58,610 nucleotides of DNA from an uncultured Alphaproteobacteria bacterium. Its GTDB lineage: Bacteria > Pseudomonadota > Alphaproteobacteria > Rhizobiales > Rhizobiaceae. Position numbers and translations under genes: made by a program. Numbering within the stretch: position 1 is the first letter of the stretch; every line of letters begins with the position of its first letter. The DNA is taken from contig CAKMZB010000003.1 in NCBI GenBank assembly GCA_929200315.1, positions 161,596 through 220,205 on the forward strand, given 5' to 3'. Shown piece by piece: positions 32,853 to 43,789 of this stretch. The notes beneath the pieces are model-generated. The model searched no databases and was not told where the DNA came from. It was given only the letters and a program-made list of their open reading frames with translations.

Positions 32853-33638
32853 CTACTCCACCATGGCTCCCGGCCCCGCCGTGGCGCCTGCTGGCACTTT
32901 GCCGAGGATGATCATGCCGAGGACTTCGTCCTTCGTGACATCTTCCGTCCTGGCATGGCCCACCATCTGCCCGTTCTTCATTACCGCCACACGGTCAGCC
33001 AGATCAAAGACATCGTGGATGTCGTGAGAGATGAGGAAGATGCCAATGCCATCGGCCTTCAGCTGTTTGATGAGCCCGGCCACCATCTCGGTTTCCTGCG
33101 GGCCAAGGGCGGCTGTGGGCTCATCCATAATAAGGATGCGCGCGTTAAAAAGGATCGCGCGGGCGATGGCGACGGATTGGCGCTGACCGCCCGAAAGCTT
33201 TGAGACAGGTTCGTTAAAGCGCTGGAAGTTCGGGTTCAAACGCCCCATCACTTCGCGCGCCTTCGCTTCCATGGCGACATCATCAAGCGTGCCCCATTTG
33301 GTGCGCAGCTCGCGCCCCAGATACAGGTTTGCCGCGCAGTCGATGTTATCGGCGAGCGCAAGTGTCTGATAGATCGTCTCGATCCCGTAGCCCTTGGCGT
33401 CACGCGGGTTCTCGATATGCGCTTCATCACCATTGACGAAGATCTGCCCGCTATCGCGCGGATAGGCTCCTGAGAGGATTTTGATCAGCGTCGACTTGCC
33501 CGCACCGTTGTGGCCAAGCAGGCCGACAACTTCTCCCGGGAAGAGGTCGACAGAGGCATGATCCACCGCCTTGATGCCGCCAAATGCGATAGAGATGTCG
33601 CGGATCTCCACCAGCGGGGTTTTTGTATCCGCACTCAT
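32853..33638 (-). CDS. Sugar ABC transporter ATP-binding protein (single NBD, CUT2 family)
   Basis: Walker [10 protein letters not shown], signature LSGGQRQ, Walker B ILIMDEPT. Confidence 0.88.
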   Translation of the reverse strand: MSADTKTPLVEIRDISIAFGGIKAVDHASVDLFPGEVVGLLGHNGAGKSTLIKILSGAYPRDSGQIFVNGDEAHIENPRDAKGYGIETIYQTLALADNIDCAANLYLGRELRTKWGTLDDVAMEAKAREVMGRLNPNFQRFNEPVSKLSGGQRQSVAIARAILFNARILIMDEPTAALGPQETEMVAGLIKQLKADGIGIFLISHDIHDVFDLADRVAVMKNGQMVGHARTEDVTKDEVLGMIILGKVPAGATAGPGAMVE

Positions 33639-35014
33639 TTCTGACGCCTCCGGTAGATCGTATCAATCCAGACCGCGAGGACCAGAACGGACCCCACAAC
33701 GATTTGCTGAACCGCGGCATCAAAACCGATAAGCACCATGCCAGTCTGAAGCGACTGCATGACAATAGCACCAAGGATCGCGCCGTAGATCGTGCCGATA
33801 CCGCCGGAAAAGGACGTGCCGCCAATCACCGCCGCGGCAATGACGTAGAGCTCATCCAGCGTACCAAGGTTGTTGGTTGCCGAGTTGAGACGGGCGGACG
33901 CGATTACCGCACCAAGGCCCGCAAGCGTGCCCATCAAAGCGAAAATCATCACGGTGATCTTGCGGGTGTTGATGCCGGCAAGTTCCGCCGCCTCGGGGTT
34001 GCCGCCAATGGCGAAGACATAACGCCCAAACCGGGTACGGTTGGTGAGGAATGTCATGGCGATGCCGACGGCCACCAAAATGAGAACAGGGATGGCAAAG
34101 CCATAGGAGATAAAAACTTCATCAACTGGCGTGTTGGCAATATCGGCGTTTTGAGGCTCGGCGAGATAGCGGCGCACAATACCCTTTGGCCAATAGTAGG
34201 AATTGACCAGAATGACGAAGCCCAGCACCGCCGCGCAACCCGCAGCAGCGAGAAAGGCTTCCGCCCAGACCGGACGTTGCGGGAAGTTGAATTTTGCACG
34301 GTTGGCGCGGCCAACATAAAGCAGCGCCAGAATGCCAAGGCAGGCCAAAATGCCGACAACCCAAGATCCCATCGCCCCGATCGAGCCATAGGGCCCACCA
34401 CCGAGAAGGGCGAAGGTCTGGTCCACCGGGGAGATGGTTTCGCCCCGCGCCAGCAGAAATGCTGTGCCCCGCCAAACGAGCAAACCGCCCAGCGTGACGA
34501 TGAAGGCCGGGATGCTGAGATAGGAAATAAGATAGCCGTGGAACGCGCCGATCAGCGCGCCGACACCCAAGCCACAGATCACCGCGATAACCCAGATCAA
34601 CGGATGACCGAGACCAAAAATCTCAGGCAGCACCCAGACCTGCATGATCGCCATAACCATGGCCGTGAAGCCGAGGATCGAGCCAACTGAAAGGTCGATG
34701 TGACGGGTCACAATCACCAACACCATCCCCGTCGCCATAACGCCGATAGAGGCGGTCTGAACAGAGAGGTTCCAGAGGTTACGTGCCGTCAGCATGGCGC
34801 CGAAGCCGTTCACCACCTCGCCATAGACATGGAAACCAATCCAGATCAGAAGCACCGCGCCGATCATGCCAAGCAGACGGGCATCAATTTCCGTCGCGCG
34901 CAGGAAGCGGGTGAAGGCTCCCTCGTTTTCCGCAGCGCCAGGAAGGCGCGGACCGCCGGAACTGCCGCCCGGTGAGGCGGGCACGACTTCAGGCTGTGAT
35001 GTTGGTTCGCTCAT
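33635..35014 (-). CDS. Sugar ABC transporter permease (XylH/AraH-like, CUT2) with an N-terminal ~60-aa extension
   Basis: Polytopic membrane protein. The ORF-track start is at 35068; the ATG at 35014 ([10 protein letters not shown]) is preferred. Confidence 0.8.
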   Translation of the reverse strand: MSEPTSQPEVVPASPGGSSGGPRLPGAAENEGAFTRFLRATEIDARLLGMIGAVLLIWIGFHVYGEVVNGFGAMLTARNLWNLSVQTASIGVMATGMVLVIVTRHIDLSVGSILGFTAMVMAIMQVWVLPEIFGLGHPLIWVIAVICGLGVGALIGAFHGYLISYLSIPAFIVTLGGLLVWRGTAFLLARGETISPVDQTFALLGGGPYGSIGAMGSWVVGILACLGILALLYVGRANRAKFNFPQRPVWAEAFLAAAGCAAVLGFVILVNSYYWPKGIVRRYLAEPQNADIANTPVDEVFISYGFAIPVLILVAVGIAMTFLTNRTRFGRYVFAIGGNPEAAELAGINTRKITVMIFALMGTLAGLGAVIASARLNSATNNLGTLDELYVIAAAVIGGTSFSGGIGTIYGAILGAIVMQSLQTGMVLIGFDAAVQQIVVGSVLVLAVWIDTIYRRRQK

Positions 35015-35200
35015 GATGGTCCCCCCCGACCATTTCAAGGATGTTGCCAACGACCATACCCCTCCCAAGGCCAGGCGATTGTCAGCTTTTGAAGGTTGTC
35101 GTCACGTCACCGGGCCTGCGCTTTGAGCGGGTCGGGAAACGGGACGCGGCCTGCTGAAAAATTGGGCGCGAACCCGGAAGGTCCGCGCCCAATTTCAGAT

Positions 35201-36231
35201 TTAGCAGCCGTCGACGCCGGCCATGGCGCCTTCGCAGACTTTGTCTTTAGCGATGTGACCCGCGTCGATCACAGCTGAGACGTTGTCCTTGGTAATCGGC
35301 GTCGGATCGAGGAGAATGGCGTTCATCTCCACACCCTTGGCGCCGTCAGAGAACTTCACCGCGCCTTCGACAGCGGCAAGCGCCGTGCCGTCAGCGAGCT
35401 GAGCGGCAATGTTGCCGGCAGCTGCACCCAGCTGGCGAGCGTCCTTCCAGACGGACACGGTCTGCGTGCCGCGCGCGACGCGGTTCAGAGCAGCGTGGTC
35501 ACCGTCCTGGCCACCAACAGGAACCGAGAGGCCCTGGGCTTCCAGCGCAGCGATTGCGCCACCAGCCATGCCATCGTTTTCAGCCAACACCGCGTCGACC
35601 TTGTTGTCGTTGGCGGTCAGGATCTGTTCCATGTTCTTCTGTGCGTTGTCGGGCTTCCAGCCATCAGTGAAGGCTTCACCGACGATCTTGATCTTGCCGG
35701 ACTCAACGTCGGCACCGATGACCTCCATCATGCCTTCCAGCAGGAAGAGCGCATTCGGGTCACCTTTGTCACCCTTGATGATGGCGTAGTTGCCTTCGGG
35801 CTGAGCAGCCTTGACGGATTCAGCGATGATGCGGCCAACGCCTTTGTTGTCGAAGGTCAGGTAGAAGGCACGGTCGTCCTCGATGAGACGGTCATAACCC
35901 ACGACCGGAATGCCTTCAGCAGCGGCGCGGTCGATTGCAGCGCCAACGGAACCGGAATCAACGGACAGAATGATGAGGGCATCAACGCCCTGCGCGATTA
36001 GTGCTTCCACGTCAGAAAGCTGCTTGGAAGCAGAAAGCTGCGCGTCAGCAGAGACGTATTTGTCGCCATTGGCTTCGATAGCACCCTTCATGGCCGCTTC
36101 ATCAGTTTTCCAGCGCTCTTCCTGGAAGTTGGACCAGGACACGCCGATGGTTTTGCCTTCAGCGAAAGCGGAACCGGTGGTGATGGCGAACGTCGCCGCA
36201 CCGGCCATGAGCAGTTTTGTAATCGTTTTCA
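35201..36231 (-). CDS. Periplasmic sugar-binding protein, XylF/ChvE-like (CUT2)
   Basis: Start at the ATG at 36231 (MKTITKLLMAGAATFAITTGSAFA, signal peptide behind GGAG). Mature N-terminus ..IGVSWSNFQEERWKTDEAAMK.. is typical of the D-xylose/multiple-sugar binding family. Confidence 0.85.
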
Positions 36232-36449
36232 TTTGGGCTCCTCCCGAGCATTTGTGAAGTGATCCGCGGCACACCTGCACCCCGGCTTCGGCGGCGAAGA
36301 TGACGAAAGGCCGTTGTGATGTCAAATCAACGGAACCCAGCAATGATAATGTTTCAACCGTTTTAAGGACGAGGTGCGTCACCGTTGCATTTCTTCACGC
36401 CGCCGCTTAACCCTAGGCGCAGATCGCGGCGGCCAACGGGAGGGAAGCC

Positions 36450-37850
36450 ATGCGCTGGTTGATTCTGCCTGCTGTTTTGACTTTGGCCGTCACGGCCCAT
36501 GGCGCTGAGCCGTGGGAGGAGGTTTCCGGTGCCCTGGGACAGGTTGAGGCGTTGCCGAGCGGAGCACTCAGCAAAGCCGAGCTGGAAGATCTCATCGCCA
36601 TTGGTGATGAGCTTTTCATCGCCAAATTCACAAGCGCCGAGGGAGCTGGTCGTCCTGCGGCAACCCAGGCGATCCTGCCCACCAAGAGACGCAACCCCGC
36701 CACGAGCGCCTTTGCCCGAACGTCCGGGTCGGATTCCAATGCCTGCTCCTCCTGCCACAACGATCCGGTGCCCGGCGGCGCGGGGGATTTCGCGGCGACG
36801 ACCTTCGTTTCCGAAGGTTTCACCAACTCCGATTTTGACACGACTGATCCGCAATTTTCCAACGAGCGCGGCACGAACCATCTTTTTGGTGCCGGACTGG
36901 TTGAATTGCTGGCCCGGGAAATGACGGCTGGTCTCCACGCGCAGCGCGCGGCAGCCCTCGTCAAGGCCCGGCAGACTGGCGCACCGCAAACGGTGGACAT
37001 CACCACCAAGGGCGTCTCCTTCGGCAGCATCACTGCAAGGCCCGATGGGATTGTCGATACCAGCAACCGGGATGGGATCGACGCCGATCTTGTGGTGAAG
37101 CCGTTTGGCCAGAAGGGTGTCATGGTTTCGCTGCGCCAATTCTCCGTCAACGCCATGAACCACCACCATGGCATGCAGCCGGTGGAGCGCTTCGGCCCGC
37201 GCTGGACGGGTGAAGCCGACCATGACGGCGATGGCTTTGCAGATGAGATACGCGCCGCCGACATCTCGGCACTTGTCGCCTGGCAGGCGACGCTGGAGCC
37301 GCCAGCGCGGATCACGCCGGAAGACACCACCTGGCGGGATTTGGCCGCAACCGGCTCGCAGAACTTTGACGCCTTTGGCTGCGCCACATGCCACATTCGG
37401 ACCCTGCCGCTCGACAGCCTCTCCTTCGCTGATCCAGGTCCGCTCGATACTGCAGGCACGCTAAAAGATCGCGACGTGGCGGAACCTGCCGTCTATGAGC
37501 TGGAATTCCTGGAATGGGCGAAAACTCTGGAACGCGACGATCAGGGCCGCGTGCTGGTGCCGCTCTTTGGCGATCTCAAACGCCACACAATGACCGACCG
37601 CACCAATGAGCGCCTCGGCAACGAGCTCCTGGCTCAGCGCTTCGTTGACCGCACAGCTTTTGCGACCACGGAACTGTGGGGCGTGGCCTCCACCGCGCCC
37701 TATGGTCACCGCAATGATATGACGACTCTCGACGAGATCATTCGCGCCCATGGCGGTGAGGCAGCGCAGAGCGCGATGGCCTATAGGGATGCCACCGACA
37801 GACACCGCACGACACTGATCGCCTTTCTCAAGACGTTGGTCCTCAATTGA
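36450..37850 (+). CDS. Secreted di-heme c-type oxidoreductase, DUF1111 family (putative thiol oxidoreductase / peroxidase-like)
   Basis: Signal peptide MRWLILPAVLTLAVTAHG; two CxxCH heme-binding motifs (CSSCH, CATCH). Confidence 0.8.
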   Translation: MRWLILPAVLTLAVTAHGAEPWEEVSGALGQVEALPSGALSKAELEDLIAIGDELFIAKFTSAEGAGRPAATQAILPTKRRNPATSAFARTSGSDSNACSSCHNDPVPGGAGDFAATTFVSEGFTNSDFDTTDPQFSNERGTNHLFGAGLVELLAREMTAGLHAQRAAALVKARQTGAPQTVDITTKGVSFGSITARPDGIVDTSNRDGIDADLVVKPFGQKGVMVSLRQFSVNAMNHHHGMQPVERFGPRWTGEADHDGDGFADEIRAADISALVAWQATLEPPARITPEDTTWRDLAATGSQNFDAFGCATCHIRTLPLDSLSFADPGPLDTAGTLKDRDVAEPAVYELEFLEWAKTLERDDQGRVLVPLFGDLKRHTMTDRTNERLGNELLAQRFVDRTAFATTELWGVASTAPYGHRNDMTTLDEIIRAHGGEAAQSAMAYRDATDRHRTTLIAFLKTLVLN

Positions 37851-39511
37851 TGCGTTACACCCTTGCAACATTGCTGCTGCTCGCTTCAGCCTCTTCGTCA
37901 CTGGCGCTGAAAATGGCCTTTCCCTTCGACATCCCGATGATGGAAGAAGAAGCCGCATCCGCCGGCATTGCCCACACCTATGACGGACCGTTTGAATATT
38001 TTGTCGGTGGAGGGGCTGCGTCTTTCGATTGTAACGGCGACCGGATGGCGGATGTCTTTCTCGCTGGCGGTGCGGGCGAGGCGCAGCTCTTCATCAACCG
38101 CAGCAAGGCGGGCGGTGCGCTGGCATTTGAGAAGATTGACCCCGGCCTCTCGGCAAACGATTTGCGCCGTGTCACTGGCGCCTATCCGCTCCACATCGAC
38201 GGTGACGGCATTCTCGATCTTGCCGTCTTGCGCGTTGGCGAGAACTGGCTGCTTAAGGGCAACGGCGACTGCACCTTCACCAAGGCAAACCGTTTGTGGA
38301 ACTATGATGGTGGCCGGGCCTGGACGGTCGCTTTCTCTGCGACCTATGAAGCGGGGAACAGATTCCCCACCCTTGCCTTCGGCAATTACATAGACCGCAC
38401 TGCCCCCGGCTCTCCCTGGGGCACGTGTGAAGCCAATGTCCTTGCTCGCCCGCAGGGCACTGACGAGGTGCCGAACTACAGCACGCCGCAAATTCTGGAA
38501 CCCGGTTACTGCGCGCTTTCGGCGCTCTTTACCGACTGGAACGCCTCTGGCGAGGCGGCGCTTCGCATCACCAATGACCGGCAATATTACCGCGGTGGCC
38601 AAGAGCAGCTCTGGCGCGTACCGCAGGACCGCCCGGCCCGGCCCTACCGCACAGCGGATGGCTGGCAGCGCCTTCAGATCTGGGGCATGGGCATTGCCGC
38701 CCGCGATCTCGATGCCGACGGCCGCCCGGAATATGCCCTCACCTCCATGGGCGACACAAAGCTCCAGGCGCTTGATGATGAAAGCGGAGAAGACCGCCCC
38801 ATCTATCGCGACCAGGCCTTTGAGAAGAGCGCGACGGCGCACCGGCCTTACACGGGCGAAGACGGCAAACCCTCCACCGGTTGGCACGCGCAATTCGCCG
38901 ATTTCAACAATGATGCCCGTACCGACCTCTTCATCGCCAAGGGCAATGTTGAAGCGATGTCGGATTTCGCAGCCTTTGACCCCGACAACCTCCTCCTCGG
39001 CACTCTTGAAGGGGGCTTCTATGAGGCGGGGGACAAGGCAGGCATCGCGCTGAAGACTCGCGGACGCGGAGCCGTGGTGGAAGACTTTAACCGCGACGGA
39101 ATGCTTGATCTGCTTGTCGTGAACCGCGGAGAACCAACAAGCCTCTTCCGCAACCTAGGTCGCCGCGCAAAGCCGGAAACAGACACGGGCCCAATGGGCA
39201 ATTTCCTCGCCATCGAATTGCGTGATGAAACCGGCGCGAACCTCTCCGCCATCGGCGCACGTATTTCGGTGAAAACCGGCAATCTCACGCAAAACCAGAC
39301 TGTCGCTGTTGGCGGTGGTCATGCGTCAGGCCAGGCGGGTTTTGCCCATTTCGGTCTCGGCGTTGCCGAACGCGCCAGCGTGCGCGTGCAATGGCCTGCT
39401 GGGGAAAATGGCGAAGCGGAGTGGAGCCACGCCTACCGCGCATTTGCCGACCACCACATCGTCATCACGCGGGGTGCGGCGGAACCCTTGATGTGGTTCC
39501 CGCCGCAATAG
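37850..39511 (+). CDS. CRTAC1-family protein (FG-GAP/VCBS repeats plus C-terminal ASPIC/UnbV domain), secreted
   Basis: Signal peptide MRYTLATLLLLASASSSLA. FG-GAP-like repeats (DCNGDRMADVF.., DFNRDGMLDLLVVNRGEPTSLFRN). UnbV_ASPIC-like C-terminus (ISVKTGNLTQNQTVAVGGGHASGQ...VRVQWPAGE). Start codon overlaps the DUF1111 stop (TGATG). Confidence 0.75.
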   Translation: MRYTLATLLLLASASSSLALKMAFPFDIPMMEEEAASAGIAHTYDGPFEYFVGGGAASFDCNGDRMADVFLAGGAGEAQLFINRSKAGGALAFEKIDPGLSANDLRRVTGAYPLHIDGDGILDLAVLRVGENWLLKGNGDCTFTKANRLWNYDGGRAWTVAFSATYEAGNRFPTLAFGNYIDRTAPGSPWGTCEANVLARPQGTDEVPNYSTPQILEPGYCALSALFTDWNASGEAALRITNDRQYYRGGQEQLWRVPQDRPARPYRTADGWQRLQIWGMGIAARDLDADGRPEYALTSMGDTKLQALDDESGEDRPIYRDQAFEKSATAHRPYTGEDGKPSTGWHAQFADFNNDARTDLFIAKGNVEAMSDFAAFDPDNLLLGTLEGGFYEAGDKAGIALKTRGRGAVVEDFNRDGMLDLLVVNRGEPTSLFRNLGRRAKPETDTGPMGNFLAIELRDETGANLSAIGARISVKTGNLTQNQTVAVGGGHASGQAGFAHFGLGVAERASVRVQWPAGENGEAEWSHAYRAFADHHIVITRGAAEPLMWFPPQ

Positions 39512-39627
39512 GTTTGCGCTCACGCTGTCGGCCTGACGGCCTGCGCTTGCCCAACTCAGAATTGCCGCGGCATACGCTTGCCGGGGCGGCCCTCCTTGGC
39601 TGTCGTGGCCGCCGTGGCCGCCTTTAG

Positions 39628-41553
39628 CTAGGTCGCCTTTTTCTGATGTGCCAGCGCGCGGGCATTGGCGTCGTCGCGCAATTCGCGGCGCAGCACCTTG
39701 CCGACATTTGTCTTTGGCAATTCATCCACGAACTCAATGTAACGTGGCTTCTTGTAGCCGGTCATATGCTCAGCTGCGTAAGCACGCACTTCAGCTTCCG
39801 TGACAGACGAGCCTTCTTCGCGCACGCAGAACACCATGATCGCCTCACCGGTCGCTTCATCCGGCACACCGACACATGCTGTTTCCAGCACGCCAGGGCA
39901 GGAGCCGATTACATCTTCCACCTCGTTGGGAAACACGTTGAAGCCAGAGACAAGGATCATGTCTTTCTTACGGTCTACGATGGAAAAATAGCCGGTCTTT
40001 TCCATCACGCCGATGTCGCCGGAGAGGAAATAGCCGTCCTTGGTGAAAGCATCTTTGGTGGCATCCGGGCGCTGCCAGTAACCCTGCATAACCTGCGGGC
40101 CCTTGATGGCAATCTCACCGCGCTCGCCTTGGGCGACTTCCTTGCCCTTCTCATCGACGATGCGGACCGAAACACCGGGCATCGGCAGGCCCACCGTGCC
40201 GGTATAGACATCGGTATCGGTGGGATTGCAGGAAATACCTGAAGATGTTTCAGAAAGGCCGTAACCCTCACAAATCGGGCAGCCGGTGATCTTCAGCCAT
40301 TTTTCGGCAACCGCCTTGGTCACCGCCATGCCGCCACCGTTGGAAATGCGCAGCTGGGAGAAGTCGAGCTTGGCAAAATCCGGGTGATTAGCGAGACCGT
40401 TGAAGAGCGTGTTCACTGCCGGGAAAGTATGGAACTTGTATTTGCTCATCTCTTTGATGAGCGAGGGGAGATCCCGCGGATTGGGGATCAACACGGCAAG
40501 GCCGCCCGCCCGGGTCGACAGGAGCGAGCAGGAGACAAAAGCAAAGACGTGGTAGAGTGGCAGGGCGCAGATCGAGATCATCTGCCCTTCTACTTCATCC
40601 CCGTCACGATTAAGGCCGGGTTGCACCCAGGCATCGGATGCCAGAAGCGCCGCGATCAGCGTGTCATGGAGCAATGTTGCACCCTTCGAAACACCGGTCG
40701 TGCCGCCGGTATATTGCAGCACCGCAACATCATCGCGCGAGATCGTGTGGCGCTGCATATTCATGCTCTCGCCCTTGGAAATCGCATCCCCCATCTTCAC
40801 CGCGTCGGGCAGATTGAAGGAGGGTACCTGCTTTTTTACGTAGCGCAGAACAAAGTCGACAATGCTGCCCTTGGGGAAGCCGAGCATTCCGCCAACAGTC
40901 GTCGTGATGACGTGCTCAACCGGTACCTTGTTGGCAATCGCTTCATAAACGTGGGCAAAGTTCTCAAGGATCACGAGCGCCTTGGAGCCTGAATCCTTCA
41001 GCTGATGCTCAAGCTCACGCTCGGTGTAGAGCGGGTTGACGTTGACCAGAATGAAGCCCGCACGCAGCACGGCGGCGACGGCCACTGGGGACTGCAAAAT
41101 GTTCGGCAACATCACCGCAACACGGTCACCCTTTGCAAGGCCGAGTGACTGGAGATAGGCGCCAAAGGCCTGCGACAATCGGTCGAGGTCAGCATAGGTG
41201 AGGGCCTTGTCCATCAGCACATAGGCGTCACGGTCGGCATATTTCTTGAAAGAATCTTCAAGCAGATCGACGAGCGAGGAATATTGACCGGTATCGACAT
41301 TTTCAGGAACTTCAGCGGGATATTCCTTCAACCACGGGCGTTTTGCGGAAATGCCGCTCCTGGCCGGAGCAGTCTTTTTGGCGGTTGGTTTCTTGGCAGC
41401 TGGCTTCTTCACGACAGCAGGCTTTTTGGCAGGAGCCTTTTTCGCAGCAGCAGGTTTCTTCGCTGCTGTCGTTTTTTTGACAGTGGGCTTCCCGGCGGCG
41501 GGCTTCTTCGCGGCGGCGGGTTTAGATTTGGTTGTGCTCGACTCTTTGGCCAT
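39628..41553 (-). CDS. Long-chain-fatty-acid--CoA ligase (FadD-like, AMP-binding) with an N-terminal Ala/Lys/Pro-rich histone-H1-like tail
   Basis: AMP-binding motif YTGGTTGVSKGA and full adenylate-forming fold. The N-terminal ~80 aa are KKPAA-type repeats (MAKESSTTKSKPAAAKKPAAGKPTVKKTTAAKKPAAAKKAPAKKPAVVKKPAAKKPTAKK..). The ORF-track start at 41607 is upstream of the likely ATG at 41553. Confidence 0.85.
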   Translation of the reverse strand: MAKESSTTKSKPAAAKKPAAGKPTVKKTTAAKKPAAAKKAPAKKPAVVKKPAAKKPTAKKTAPARSGISAKRPWLKEYPAEVPENVDTGQYSSLVDLLEDSFKKYADRDAYVLMDKALTYADLDRLSQAFGAYLQSLGLAKGDRVAVMLPNILQSPVAVAAVLRAGFILVNVNPLYTERELEHQLKDSGSKALVILENFAHVYEAIANKVPVEHVITTTVGGMLGFPKGSIVDFVLRYVKKQVPSFNLPDAVKMGDAISKGESMNMQRHTISRDDVAVLQYTGGTTGVSKGATLLHDTLIAALLASDAWVQPGLNRDGDEVEGQMISICALPLYHVFAFVSCSLLSTRAGGLAVLIPNPRDLPSLIKEMSKYKFHTFPAVNTLFNGLANHPDFAKLDFSQLRISNGGGMAVTKAVAEKWLKITGCPICEGYGLSETSSGISCNPTDTDVYTGTVGLPMPGVSVRIVDEKGKEVAQGERGEIAIKGPQVMQGYWQRPDATKDAFTKDGYFLSGDIGVMEKTGYFSIVDRKKDMILVSGFNVFPNEVEDVIGSCPGVLETACVGVPDEATGEAIMVFCVREEGSSVTEAEVRAYAAEHMTGYKKPRYIEFVDELPKTNVGKVLRRELRDDANARALAHQKKAT

Positions 41554-41706
41554 AGTTTGATGCTCCCACTTGTTTTTGCAGCGCGCTGACTGCCGCCGCT
41601 CTTGCAAAGTAAATGGAGAATGCGCAGCGTGGTTGCAAATGGCGCGGTGGCCAAAGCCTGCCTCCGCACCGTTTTCAACGGCAAATGCGCGACGTTCAGC
41701 TGCCCT

Positions 41707-42468
41707 TCAACGGCCCCGCGCGACAAAACCCTCGTTGCGGTATTCGACCTTGCCATAGGTCATGGACGAGCCGTCGAGTTTCTCAACACTCCCACCCGCC
41801 GCGCGCAGGATCGCATCCCCCGCCGCTATATCCCATTCCATTGTTGGGGAATGGCGGGCGTAGAGATCCGCTTCGCCGCAGGCAAGGAGTGCGAATTTCA
41901 GTGATGATCCAAGGCGATGGGTTGTCGTGATCCCCACATCCTCCAGCAGCGCATCAGTGCTCGGATTGTGGTGCGAGCGACTGATGAAGGCGATGCCACC
42001 GGGCTTTGGCATTGTCCGGGCTCTGATTGACGTTTCACCCTCGAACGCTCCCTCACCGACGACCCCCCAGAAGGTGCGCTCACGCGCCGGAGCATGAAGA
42101 ATGCCGAGGGTCGGCGCTCCGTTCTCAATCAACCCGATATTGACCGTATAGGCCCCCTCGCAATCGGTGCGAAGGAACTCCCGCGTGCCATCGAGCGGGT
42201 CGACCAGAAAGAAAGCCGGTGGCGGTGCAAGCTGGTGGCTTGCGGCATTTTCTTCCGAAATGACGGGAATGTCCGGGGCGATTTCCGCCAAAGCTTTCAG
42301 CAGGATCGCCTCAGCGGCTTCATCGGCAATTGTCACAGGCGATCCGTCAGACTTTGCCTGCGCCAGATCTTCCCCGGTCTCCAGGCGTGCTTTCACATCC
42401 AAAATCGCCGCCCCCGCCTTACGAACCGCAGGCAAAAGAGCGCGGGCAAGGTCGGAGTTTGCAATCAT
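41707..42468 (-). CDS. cysQ: 3'(2'),5'-bisphosphate nucleotidase (inositol monophosphatase family)
   Basis: IMPase metal-binding motifs (..EENAASH.., FLVDPLDGTREF, ..WDIAAGDAIL..). Confidence 0.85.
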   Translation of the reverse strand: MIANSDLARALLPAVRKAGAAILDVKARLETGEDLAQAKSDGSPVTIADEAAEAILLKALAEIAPDIPVISEENAASHQLAPPPAFFLVDPLDGTREFLRTDCEGAYTVNIGLIENGAPTLGILHAPARERTFWGVVGEGAFEGETSIRARTMPKPGGIAFISRSHHNPSTDALLEDVGITTTHRLGSSLKFALLACGEADLYARHSPTMEWDIAAGDAILRAAGGSVEKLDGSSMTYGKVEYRNEGFVARGR

Positions 42469-42472
42469 CGCC

Positions 42473-43789
42473 TCAACTCTCCCGGTCCGGGCGGCCGATG
42501 GAGCGGTAGATCAGACCAGCGGCCCTGGCTTCGCTCGCCGAATAGACGTTGCGCAGGTCGACCAGCAGCTTGTCAGAAAGCGTTTCGGCAACCTGCTTCA
42601 GATTAAGCGCTCGGAACTCGTTCCACTCGGTGATGATAACGGCAAGGTCTGCGCCTTCCAGAGCATCATTGGTGTCCTCGGCAAATTCGATGCCGTCCAT
42701 CAGCTTGGCGGCCTCCTCCATCGCTTCAGGATCATAAGCGCGCACCGTTGCGCCCGCCTCTTGCAGGGCCGGGACGATGTCGAGGGACGGTGCGTCACGC
42801 ATGTCGTCGGTCTGGGGTTTGAAAGCGAGACCGAGGACAGCAATAGTCTTGCCGGCAATCGAGCCGCCAGCCGCATCGATAACGATCCGGGCCATGCGCT
42901 TCTTACGGGTCGCATTCGCTTCCACGACCGCATTGACGATGGAGAGCGGCACGTCGGCATCCTGCCCGGTTTTGGTCAGCGCCAGTGTGTCCTTGGGGAA
43001 GCACGATCCGCCATAGCCAGGTGAAGCGTTCAGGAATTTCGCGCCGATCCGCTTGTCGAGCCCGATACCACGAGCGACGTCCTGCACGTTCGCACCAACA
43101 GCCTCGCACAAATCGGCCATCTCGTTGATGAAGGCGATCTTGGTGGCGAGGAAGGCGTTGGCGGCGTATTTGGTGAGTTCCGATGTGCGCCGGTCAAAGA
43201 CTACAAGCGGCGTCTCGTTGAGATAGAGCGGACGATAGAGTTCGCGCAGAACGGCGGTGGCACGCTCGCTTTCCGATCCCACCACGATCCGGTCCGGGCG
43301 TTTGAAGTCCTCAATCGCCGCGCCTTCGCGCAGAAATTCAGGGTTGGAAGTCACATCAAAAGGTGTGTCACCGGCCACTTCTGCGATGATGCGCTCAACC
43401 TCATCCCCCGTCCCCACCGGCACGGTCGATTTGTTGACGATGACGGTATAGCCATCAATCAGCGTGCCGATCTCACGGGCCGCTTGATAGACATAGGTGA
43501 GGTCGGCATGGCCGTCCCCGCGCCGTGAAGGTGTGCCGACGGCGAGGAAGACAATGTCAGCCTGCGCAATCGCTTCTGTCGGCTCGGTGGTGAAAGAGAG
43601 CCGTCCCGAAGCCACGTTTTGCGCCACCAGCGCCTCCAGCCCTGGCTCATAGATTGGCATGACGCCGTCGTTGAGCGCGGCAATCTTGTCGGCATCCTTG
43701 TCGACGCAAACGACATGGTGGCCGAAATCAGAAAAACAGGCACCGGAAACGAGGCCCACATAGCCTGTTCCAATCATCACAACGCGCAT
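42473..43789 (-). CDS. ugd: UDP-glucose 6-dehydrogenase
   Basis: N-terminal Rossmann GTGYVGLV and UDPG/MGDP dehydrogenase family catalytic region (..GGSCFPKD..). Confidence 0.92.
   Translation of the reverse strand: MRVVMIGTGYVGLVSGACFSDFGHHVVCVDKDADKIAALNDGVMPIYEPGLEALVAQNVASGRLSFTTEPTEAIAQADIVFLAVGTPSRRGDGHADLTYVYQAAREIGTLIDGYTVIVNKSTVPVGTGDEVERIIAEVAGDTPFDVTSNPEFLREGAAIEDFKRPDRIVVGSESERATAVLRELYRPLYLNETPLVVFDRRTSELTKYAANAFLATKIAFINEMADLCEAVGANVQDVARGIGLDKRIGAKFLNASPGYGGSCFPKDTLALTKTGQDADVPLSIVNAVVEANATRKKRMARIVIDAAGGSIAGKTIAVLGLAFKPQTDDMRDAPSLDIVPALQEAGATVRAYDPEAMEEAAKLMDGIEFAEDTNDALEGADLAVIITEWNEFRALNLKQVAETLSDKLLVDLRNVYSASEARAAGLIYRSIGRPDRES

Noticed and set aside
32591-32911. 106-aa ORF spanning the palindromic repeat
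   Set aside because: Its translation (..VIPAQAGIHVGVISLWQRWIPACAGMTS..) is the mirror-image peptide produced by reading through the inverted repeat. It has no RBS and no conservation signal, so it is a repeat-induced artefact.
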